Source: an uncultured Nitrososphaerota archaeon
Lineage (GTDB): Archaea; Thermoproteota; Nitrososphaeria; Nitrososphaerales; Nitrosopumilaceae
Assembly: GCA_963824385.1 (NCBI GenBank)
Contig: CAWGPD010000004.1
Span: forward strand, 320,001-384,000
Direction: 5' to 3'
DNA: 64,000 nucleotides
The notes under the pieces are model-generated. The model was given only the letters and a program-made list of their open reading frames with translations, was not told the DNA's origin and did no database searches. A program made the position numbers and the translations under genes. Of the stretch, positions 55,191 through 63,111 are shown piece after piece; position 1 is the stretch's first letter; each line of letters begins with the position of its first letter.

Positions 55191-55765
55191 ATGACTAAAA
55201 AACCAGATGTAATAGGAGTAAAAGTTCTGGAACAAAACGGTGTCAATGTAAAAGAGTGCTAAAAGCTCTAATCTACAATGCATCAGTAGAGTTTACAGCC
55301 TACTATTACTTTACAAATCTAAGAGCGCATTGTGTTGGAATGGAAGGGGAAGCACTCAAAGGAGTAATTGAGGATGCAAGAATGGAAGACCTAAGCCATT
55401 TCGAGTCCTGTCTATCTAGAATTTATGAGCTTGGAGGAACATTACCCATAAACGCTCAGGATTTTATCAAGATGTCAGGCTGCGAATTTCTACAACTTCC
55501 AACAAACCCAATAGATACAAAGGCAATTTTAGAAAAATGTCTCAAGGCAGAACAGGGTGCAATTGTCAATTGGAACAAAGTGTGTCTTATGACACATGGA
55601 AAAGATCCAGCTACATACGATGTTGCAAAAGACGTTCTAAGAGAAGAGATAGAACATGAAGCATGGTTTTTGGAATTACTTTATTCAAGACCATCAGGTC
55701 ACATGAGAAGAAAATTCCCCGGAGAGAGACCTCATACCCACAAGCATTCAAGAGCTTTGGGTTGA
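55191..55765 (+). CDS. DPS-like (DPSL) ferritin-superfamily protein; frameshift near 55256
   Basis: N-terminus MTKKPDVIGVKVLEQNGVNVKE in another frame; EFTAYYY, IEDAR.ED..HFE, AE.GAI, GKD..TY, EEIEHEAWF, PSGH. Confidence 0.9.
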
Positions 55766-55857
55766 CAATTTTTTTAAATTTTTGTTAGTATAATTTTTTT
55801 AGATATTTGTGAAAGGTTAAGATAAATATCTACAGCCAAAATACACGATAATCATAA

Positions 55858-56355
55858 TTGATAGTAATAATTTGCGGTTTGCCAGGAGTTGGAAAAAGTA
55901 CACTTGCAAAAAATCTTGCTCCGTTGATTAATGGTACCATATTATCTTCAGATAAAATTCGAAAGGAATTATTTCCAAATCCCACGTATTCCCCATTTGA
56001 GCGAAAGCTAGTTTATGATGTAATGATAATATTAGCAAAGTATCTTAATGATGTAAGATGTAACTGCATACTTGATGCGACCTTTAACAGGGAAGATTCC
56101 AGAGTAGAAATTAAAGAAAAACTAGAACTAGATGATAAAGAATTTCAAATAGTAGAGTGTTTTTGCCCAGAAGAACTAGTCATATCACGCCTAAAATCCC
56201 GCAAAGACGACTATTCAGATGCAACTATAGAGGTATATCAAAAAATGAAAAAGATCTACGAGCCTGTAAAAGTTGAGCATATTAGTATAGACACAACACT
56301 TGACCCCCAAGAAAATTCCAATAGAATTTTAGACAAGATCAAGGAAAAACAATGA
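55858..56355 (+). CDS. P-loop kinase (AAA_33 family)
   Basis: CGLPGVGKST, SSDKIRKEL, ILDATF, SDAT. Confidence 0.9.
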   Translation: MIVIICGLPGVGKSTLAKNLAPLINGTILSSDKIRKELFPNPTYSPFERKLVYDVMIILAKYLNDVRCNCILDATFNREDSRVEIKEKLELDDKEFQIVECFCPEELVISRLKSRKDDYSDATIEVYQKMKKIYEPVKVEHISIDTTLDPQENSNRILDKIKEKQ

Positions 56356-56363
56356 GTGCCAAT

Positions 56364-56495
56364 CTATGGCAAGTCTTCAGAATTTGGCGCACAGTGCTTA
56401 TGAACCCATTTGCCATCAGTGGTTTTTGCAATCTCTGCACCAGATTTGATTGGCGCATTGCATTCAGAACAAGTAGTCTTGAATTTTGCTTTCAT
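56364..56495 (-). CDS. 43-aa zinc-finger microprotein (not in ORF track)
   Basis: MKAKFKTTCSECNAPIKSGAEIAKTTDGKWVHKHCAPNSEDLP; CxxC...HxxC; minus-strand TTTATC TATA-like element ~25 bp upstream. Confidence 0.8.
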   Translation of the reverse strand: MKAKFKTTCSECNAPIKSGAEIAKTTDGKWVHKHCAPNSEDLP

Positions 56496-56588
56496 GTAAT
56501 TACCACATAAGACAGATAGATAAACTATCAAAAATGTAACTAGTCAACCTTAAATTACCTTAATTTGGTTTTTCAATCAGACTAGTAC

Positions 56589-56939
56589 ATGGTAAAACCA
56601 ATATTTTATGGTGCAATTGGAGGAGGAGTAGCAGCTGCCATTGCAGTCATTGTTCTAGTTGTATTCATGTCACCAACTCAACAATATGCATTATCAGTTG
56701 ACCCAAGAACAGAGATGGTCATGGGCGTTGGAAACGTGGTACGTGTATACGTACAAAATACAGGTTCATCGCCACTAACTAATGTCAAGGTAGACTATGG
56801 AACCACTTCTGAACCAGTGTTACCAGTTTTAAGCCCAGGCGAAAAAGAAATGTTTTCACCACCAGCAGGTACAAAGATGGTTACAGTGACCAATGATCAA
56901 AACGTCACCGTAATGAAACCAATCTCAGATTCAATGTAA
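56589..56939 (+). CDS. Membrane-anchored small Ig-like protein
   Basis: N-terminal TM; VQNTG..PLTNV.V...L.PGE motif. Confidence 0.75.
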   Translation: MVKPIFYGAIGGGVAAAIAVIVLVVFMSPTQQYALSVDPRTEMVMGVGNVVRVYVQNTGSSPLTNVKVDYGTTSEPVLPVLSPGEKEMFSPPAGTKMVTVTNDQNVTVMKPISDSM

Positions 56940-57048
56940 TACAATTACATCAAAAATTTATTTCATTTCTGATATAATATAATCAAAAAGAATTGCATTT
57001 GAGGAAACTATGCTAAAGGCATGCCAAAATATTTAGCGTATAGATACA

Positions 57049-57138
57049 CTAGGATTTGGTTTTGTTTATGGTAACCTTTTGGTATTCTTCTGGGTTTTCC
57101 TCTTTTAGTCTTTGGAAATAGACCTCTTCGTATGGCAT
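57049..57138 (-). CDS. Possible 29-aa microprotein
   Basis: MPYEEVYFQRLKEENPEEYQKVTINKTKS; TTTATTTAAAT TATA-like element 25-35 bp upstream. Confidence 0.4.
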   Translation of the reverse strand: MPYEEVYFQRLKEENPEEYQKVTINKTKS

Positions 57139-57284
57139 TTCAGCAAGTTTTGCTAAATTTCTATTTAAATAAAAGATGCACAAATTTTGTTAGACTGGGT
57201 CAAATTTTTCACAACAAGCATGAATTACGAGGCATTCACATAGAATAACTGATTTTTAATAGGCATTTCCTACAAATCTAAGAA

Positions 57285-57545
57285 ATGACAGACCAGTCAG
57301 TAATTAAAAAAATCAAGGACAAGATAGACAAGGACGAGCGCAACCTAAGAAAATCCATTACAGAGATAGAGAGAATTTGGGAAGATACAGGCCTTGAGCC
57401 AAAGGATCCGACGTATCTTGTGGAGAAAACAATGAGATTTGAGATGGCACAAGAGAACATAACCAAAGTGTTTTTGGCATTCAATGAAATAATCAACGAG
57501 TACAAGAAACTCTGTTCAGAGTTAGAAAAACATAATGATGAATAA
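57285..57545 (+). CDS. Hypothetical helical protein
   Basis: 86-aa ATG ORF with TTTTTAAT ~25 bp upstream. Confidence 0.65.
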   Translation: MTDQSVIKKIKDKIDKDERNLRKSITEIERIWEDTGLEPKDPTYLVEKTMRFEMAQENITKVFLAFNEIINEYKKLCSELEKHNDE

Positions 57546-57564
57546 TATTTTCAAACTGAATATT

Positions 57565-58413
57565 TTAGTCCATGGTCGCGATAGCTTGGGCAACATCAGT
57601 TTTACTAATTATGCCAACAAGAGTATTTCTGGCAGATAGTACTCCAACACCGTGGATTTTTTTATCTAGCATCATCTTACAGACTTTTGCCAGATCATCA
57701 TCATAGTTTACTGAAATTATTTTATCAGTCATCATATCCCTGGCCTTGGTAATCTTTCCAAAACCTGATTCAGAAGCAAATCCTTTCCTAAAAACAGTTA
57801 CAGAAAGATTAGGCGTTTGTTCTTTTATGATTTTTTTATTTCCAGATAAAAGTGCTGTTTTGAAGAGATCTTTGAAAGACAGTATTCCTACGGGTTCTTC
57901 ATTTTCATCTCTAAGAATTATACGTGAAATTTTCTTTAGAATCATTTTAGATAATACTTTATAGAGAGGATCATCGGCATATGCCCATACATATACAGAC
58001 GTCATAAATTCTCCAACTGTTTTTTTATCTACATAATTTTCTGCATAAAACTTTGTCAAATCTGTCTTTGTAAGCACTCCTTGAACTTTATCACCAGTAC
58101 TTATTGCAAGAGAGCTTATCTTTTCATCAAGCATCATAGTTGCACATTGCTTGATTGAAGTGTTTGGGCTTGCCATGATCAGACCTTTCATAATTTCCTC
58201 AAGCGGGATTTCATCCATAGTTCGTTCAGTCTTGTCTTCTAAAAGGAACAAAGCCAAGTCTTTTTCAGATACGATTCCAAGCGGATTTCCATTACGAGAT
58301 ACAATTATTCTGCTAATTTTATGATCTAGTAGTTTTTTTACGACGTCAGATATTTTGGAGTCTCTTTCAATGGCTATTGGGACGTTCATCAGATCCTTTG
58401 CTAGTTCCATCAA
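57565..58413 (-). CDS. Tandem CBS-domain protein (four CBS)
   Basis: ISRIIV..GIVSEKD, ISSL..GVLTKTD, ISRII..GILSFKD, IHGVGV..GIISKTD. Confidence 0.92.
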   Translation of the reverse strand: MMELAKDLMNVPIAIERDSKISDVVKKLLDHKISRIIVSRNGNPLGIVSEKDLALFLLEDKTERTMDEIPLEEIMKGLIMASPNTSIKQCATMMLDEKISSLAISTGDKVQGVLTKTDLTKFYAENYVDKKTVGEFMTSVYVWAYADDPLYKVLSKMILKKISRIILRDENEEPVGILSFKDLFKTALLSGNKKIIKEQTPNLSVTVFRKGFASESGFGKITKARDMMTDKIISVNYDDDLAKVCKMMLDKKIHGVGVLSARNTLVGIISKTDVAQAIATMD

Positions 58414-58478
58414 TCATAACGATATAATATGTAAATAAAAGTCTCATGTAAGATATCAGGTTTGAATACAAATTAAGT

Positions 58479-58658
58479 TTAGGATATTTGAATATCTTTG
58501 TTGGTTAGGTCACGGACTTTTTCATTAACTTGGATGATTGCAGTATATAATTGAAATAACAATTCATTACTTGGATGCGTTGCTTCCAAAAGCTTACGGT
58601 CTATACCATATTCTTCAATTTTTTCCCACATGTCATCAAGCGATAATTCAGAATTCAA
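58479..58658 (-). CDS. Possible 59-aa hypothetical protein (not in ORF track)
   Basis: TTG start preceded by GGGGAG; (M)NSELSLDDMWEKIEEYGIDRKLLEATHPSNELLFQLYTAIIQVNEKVRDLTNKDIQIS. Confidence 0.55.
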   Translation of the reverse strand: MNSELSLDDMWEKIEEYGIDRKLLEATHPSNELLFQLYTAIIQVNEKVRDLTNKDIQIS

Positions 58659-58846
58659 ATACTCCCCGTTGATTTGATTAATTCATATTTTTTAAAACTT
58701 TCTATAAATAAAATAGACACATTGGATCAATCAAGAGAAAGAAAAATACTAGTTTTCAAGACATGGAAAATAATTTATTTTAAAATATCAGATCGCTTGT
58801 AACAATATTTCATATTAATTTTAAATTTTTAAATGGTTTTTCTTGT

Positions 58847-59272
58847 TTATTTTACTATCAATACTGGAATCTTTGATTTATGAAGTACGGCATGTGACAC
58901 ACTGCCAAGAAAGGCTTCTTTTATGCCACCAAGACCTCTGGCTCCTATTACTATCATATCAAATTTGTTTTTTGCAGCAAAATTAACTATCTCAGTTGAT
59001 TCCTTTCCAATTATGACTTTGCCAACAAAGACTATACCGTTTTGGGCACAGCGTATTTTTGCATGCTCCATAAACTCCTTGGCAGCCTTTGCAAGGTATT
59101 TTTTATCATATATTATTGGCGTAAATGACTGTGGATAGACTGGCATGACAAAAAGTCCTGTAAGTATAGCTCCACACTGTCTTGCAAGATAAATCGCAGT
59201 ATCTAGTCCTCTAAGCGAGTTCTTTGAGTTATCTATTGGAACTAGGATCTTTTTGATTTGGGATTTTGCCAC
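58847..59272 (-). CDS. Universal stress protein (UspA family)
   Basis: KILVPIDNS; DMIVIGARG.GG....LGSVS..VL..S..PVLIVK. Confidence 0.95.
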   Translation of the reverse strand: MAKSQIKKILVPIDNSKNSLRGLDTAIYLARQCGAILTGLFVMPVYPQSFTPIIYDKKYLAKAAKEFMEHAKIRCAQNGIVFVGKVIIGKESTEIVNFAAKNKFDMIVIGARGLGGIKEAFLGSVSHAVLHKSKIPVLIVK

Positions 59273-59300
59273 TGTTGTGAGTATATTTTAGGATTATAAA

Positions 59301-59353
59301 AGTAGACAGGCTTCGGGGGAACAGCAACTAACTTGGGCTAGTTTGGGCCCACT
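59301..59353 (-). repeat. Copy 1 of a ~55-nt GC-rich structured element 3' of a receiver gene (candidate ncRNA/UTR element)
   Basis: Shares AGTGGGYCCAAACTA(A)GCCC with 60218-60274; closing stem and inner hairpin can form in both copies. Confidence 0.55.
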
Positions 59354-59424
59354 GTGCTTAAATTTGATACAAAATGTGCAGTAAGATAATTCTGAGTAGC
59401 TACAAAACTCCTTTCCCTGATTTT

Positions 59425-59796
59425 TCATTTTGATCCAAGTACTCTTTTAACTACATTTGTGACAATTGATTCAGAGAACGGCTTGATGACAAAATCTTTT
59501 GCGCCCAGTCTAACTGCTGGATTCATCATGTACTTTTGTTCGATTCCTGAAATCATTATTATTTTAGCATTTAGATCAAATCTTAGTATGGAGTGAAGTG
59601 CCTCCATGCCATCTACTTTAGGCATATTTACATCTAAGAAGATAAGATCAGGCCTGAATTTTTTATATGTCTGTATTGCTTCTTCACCATTTTCTGCCTC
59701 GTATATTTCGGAGACAAGTGCATGTTTTGATAAAATATCCTTCAAGCCAACTCGAACAAATTGCGCATCATCTGCTACAAGTATTCTACAGGTCAT
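59425..59796 (-). CDS. Stand-alone CheY-like response regulator receiver
   Basis: ILVADD, FLDVNMP.VDG, MISG, FVIKPF. Confidence 0.93.
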   Translation of the reverse strand: MTCRILVADDAQFVRVGLKDILSKHALVSEIYEAENGEEAIQTYKKFRPDLIFLDVNMPKVDGMEALHSILRFDLNAKIIMISGIEQKYMMNPAVRLGAKDFVIKPFSESIVTNVVKRVLGSK

Positions 59797-60089
59797 AGCA
59801 AACTTGTCATAAATTTACAAAACTCTGATTTGAAATCAGTTATCTCCAATACCTCCAATGTCCCCAATTCAGAAGTAATATCCTCTAAAATAGAATGGTA
59901 GTCTTGTCTATACACTTCTTTTAACACCGCTCGCAAATATTCTAGACGGTTAATACAATCCTCAATATCACAGTTGTAAAGCGAATGAAGTTTTGCAAGA
60001 ACCAAATTATAATTGGCATTTCCATGCCTCATCAATGCCACTTCAATACAGGTTACTGCGGCTGTCCTATTTCTTCCTGCTAAGAACAT
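59793..60089 (-). CDS. Small helical protein resembling thaumarchaeal NitrOD-type output domains
   Basis: IEVAL...G...Y..V...L...YNC.I.DC....EYL..VLKEVY...Y..I...I..EL pattern; ATGA overlap with the receiver gene. Confidence 0.6.
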   Translation of the reverse strand: MFLAGRNRTAAVTCIEVALMRHGNANYNLVLAKLHSLYNCDIEDCINRLEYLRAVLKEVYRQDYHSILEDITSELGTLEVLEITDFKSEFCKFMTSLL

Positions 60090-60217
60090 GAGTGATTATG
60101 TAGTTTTTCATTATTAGTTATTTTCAACTATTTCCAACTAGGAAAATTAGTAATTCATCAAATTTTTAAAAATAATCATACATAACTCCGAGTCCTGTAA
60201 GAATCAGTCTAACAGAT

Positions 60218-60274
60218 AAAGTGAGCCTGGGTGGATTTGTGTACCAACATGGGGGCTTAGTTTGGACCCACTTT
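60218..60274 (-). repeat. Copy 2 of the ~55-nt structured element
   Basis: AAAGTGGGT...GCTCACTTT 9-bp closing stem with two G-U pairs; begins 15 nt after the receiver stop. Confidence 0.55.
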
Positions 60275-60289
60275 GTGCCTAAAATAGAA

Positions 60290-60715
60290 TCAGTTGAAGA
60301 ATTTAATTTCGTCAGTATTTTCATCTGATTCAAGATTATTTACAATTTTTACAAGGTCATTAATTTCAAATGGTTTGTAGATTACTGCCGTTGCTTTGAG
60401 ATCCTCTATTCGCTTTGCCATATTCTCAGAAATATCTGAAGTAATCATTATCACAATAGAGTTCGGGTCAATTTCTCTAATCTGCCTGAGTGCATATAGC
60501 CCATCAACATTTGGCATGACAACATCCAAAATTGTAATATCGGGCTTTAGCTTCTGAAATAATTCAATAGCATCCATACCGTTACTGCCCGTTCCAATCA
60601 CTTTGAAATCTTTCATCTCCAAGAGTTCAACAAAAAGTGATAGAATGTCATCATTATCATCAACTACAATGACAGTTTTTTGACCTCGTTTCTTTTCCAC
60701 AATTAGTTTAGTCAT
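60290..60715 (-). CDS. Stand-alone response regulator receiver
   Basis: IVVDDN, ILDVVMP.VDG, MITS, IYKPF. Confidence 0.93.
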   Translation of the reverse strand: MTKLIVEKKRGQKTVIVVDDNDDILSLFVELLEMKDFKVIGTGSNGMDAIELFQKLKPDITILDVVMPNVDGLYALRQIREIDPNSIVIMITSDISENMAKRIEDLKATAVIYKPFEINDLVKIVNNLESDENTDEIKFFN

Positions 60716-60724
60716 ATTCTCTAT

Positions 60725-60810
60725 TTAAGGTGTTTTTTGAATAATGTTTCCCAATAAAAGAGAATACGTATAATAGTAGTTAGTTGATTAAACGGTAAAA
60801 AACACCTTAA
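60725..60810. repeat. Perfect 14-bp inverted repeat with 58-bp spacer in a divergent promoter region
   Basis: TTAAGGTGTTTTTT at 60725-60738 and AAAAAACACCTTAA at 60797-60810. Confidence 0.8.
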
Positions 60811-60878
60811 TTGGTAAAATATTACCAATATTTTCCAAAAATGATATATTTGGCAATTTTATTCTTAAATTAAAAGTC

Positions 60879-61841
60879 ATGAAGACAACCACTGTAAAAA
60901 ATGGCGTAGATTCAGGTACTATAGATGAGTCAGATGGACTTGCTTTAAAAGACAATTCTAAACTTTTGGCTCAACTAACCGAGATATTATCAGCATTATC
61001 AAAAAATGATGCTTTAACAATTTTCCTCATGTCCGAAGAAGGAATAAGATCAGAGTTGGATACACCATCAAAAATAGGTCTTACAGTAAAACAATACTAT
61101 ACCAGACTAAAACAGTTGGTAGATTTGGGGCTAATTGCAAAGCATAATGAATCCTACACCCAAACTGCATTTGGAAAAGTTGTTTATCAAAAACACATTT
61201 TGGGACTAACAAACAATATCAAAAATTCAAAATTCTTGCAAATGGTTGATGCTCTAAGAGCCAATCCAAAGTTTAATGATAAAGACATTACAGAATTTAT
61301 TTCAAAAGTTGAACCAGAAATTAATCTCGATTTACAAGAATCCTTCAAGAAAAATTCTAGCGTCGTATTATCATATGAAGACATGGTTAGAAAAATTTTG
61401 GAGATGACAGAATTTGCTCAAAATGAAATACTTCTCATAACTAGATTTCAAAATGATCTTATAGTTAACTCCATTTTGAAAAAAGCAAGTGCTGGAGTCA
61501 ATGTTAAAGTTCTCGCAGATACAAATCTTGTAGAAAACTATTTTGAAAAAGAGACATCAATAAAGTCAGACAAGAATAAGAATGAGCGCGAGAATGTAGT
61601 TGCCAATCCATATTATCCTTCAAAAATAGATAGAAGATATGTACAAGTTCCTTTCTGTGTTCTAGTGGTAGATAACAGATATGTTGGATTGGAGATTGTT
61701 GATCTAAGTGAAACAAAAAAATTCAAAATGGCTATTTTTACAGAAGATAAAATTATTGCATCATACATGATACCTCTTTTTAACAATTTGTGGGAAAAAT
61801 CACACAAAAACCACCCTAAAATAGTCACAAAATCAGCATAA
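60879..61841 (+). CDS. Winged-helix regulator with TrmB-like C-terminal effector domain
   Basis: LSALSK.DAL.IF...IGLT.KQYYTRLKQL...GLI...Y..T.FG; C-terminal AQNEILL, GVNVKVL, VLVVDN, FNNLWEKS. Confidence 0.75.
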   Translation: MKTTTVKNGVDSGTIDESDGLALKDNSKLLAQLTEILSALSKNDALTIFLMSEEGIRSELDTPSKIGLTVKQYYTRLKQLVDLGLIAKHNESYTQTAFGKVVYQKHILGLTNNIKNSKFLQMVDALRANPKFNDKDITEFISKVEPEINLDLQESFKKNSSVVLSYEDMVRKILEMTEFAQNEILLITRFQNDLIVNSILKKASAGVNVKVLADTNLVENYFEKETSIKSDKNKNERENVVANPYYPSKIDRRYVQVPFCVLVVDNRYVGLEIVDLSETKKFKMAIFTEDKIIASYMIPLFNNLWEKSHKNHPKIVTKSA

Positions 61842-61843
61842 TA

Positions 61844-62772
61844 TCAAGAGTAAGCATGTAAGAATTGATTTAAAATCAAACCTACAAATATTGAAACCTG
61901 AATGGCAAATATGCTATTTCTTACTACAGTTCTAGTTTTATTCATTTTCTTCTTATCATCATAATTTCCATACAATTTAATAATTTTTAAAACAAGATAA
62001 ACACAAACTGCCAACCCAAGGGCCGCTCCCACTATATTCACTCCAAGAAAAAAATAACTCGTTACAATCATTGCAGCTATTGAAACTATTGAGGTAATAA
62101 TCACCATAAAGCTTTTCTTACTCCTATAACAATAGGGATTGTTCTCCTACCACCAATTGTATCTCCTTTTAAATCACGAATATCATTAAGAGGGCCATTT
62201 ATGAAATAGATTAGGAATACTATGAATGAAGAAAATACTGCCAGATATGACACATTATGAATTGCAAGAGACCCCATCATAGATGCAATAAACCCTCCCA
62301 AAGATGTAACAATTGTTTTTATTACAAATAGGTTCTTCAGATGTATTTTGGGATGAGAGTAGGCAACAGCTAATCCAAAAAAAACAAGTGCTCCTAGTCC
62401 CGTTGGTACGTTAATTGAGAATGCAAGTAAGATTGAAACCGCAAAAAAACCAATCGTAGAATACAGTATTTGCTGATAATGAGTTCTTTTCGAATTGACA
62501 GTATCTCTATTATTTACTTTATCTACATCATAATCTGTAAGATCGTTGTAAAGATAGGTAGCAAGGGCAAGAAAGTACACGGATGTTACAAGTCGCCCAA
62601 GCACTAGAAAATCCGGAATTTTTAACCCAGATGCGATAAAAAATGTACCAAGTGCAGCTAAAGCAAAACCATAGACGATGATTCTGGATTTTATCAAAGA
62701 TATGAGCATGGAACATTGTTCGTTGATTTTTTTTCCAAAATTGGATACTGGTAGTCTTTGTGCTAGAGCCAT
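61844..62772 (-). CDS. UbiA-family prenyltransferase; frameshift near 62105
   Basis: YLYNDLTDYDVDKVN and NDIRDLKGD..GGRRTIP Asp-rich motifs; AYS..P..LK; multi-TM. Confidence 0.88.
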
Positions 62773-63111
62773 CGTATCCCACTATTTAATTCCCATTTTA
62801 GAGTAAAATATTGATACATATTCTCCATATCTGGATAATTATACCACGTGATTATAACTTTTTGGATATTTCATAAGAAAATATGAAATAATTCATCTTA
62901 ATTATCATTTTTTATGTAAATTTTCATAAATACTGATTTTATGTCACCTAATACCGTAGAGTCGCTTTGATTCAACAAATTATGACAGAACATAACTCAG
63001 ATAGTAACTATAGTGAAATATTCTTGAAAAATCAATTTAGGGTTTTTAAGAAATTCCAATAAAGCCAATTTTCCCCAAACACTAAAATTCATTCTTTTAA
63101 CAATTTACTGA

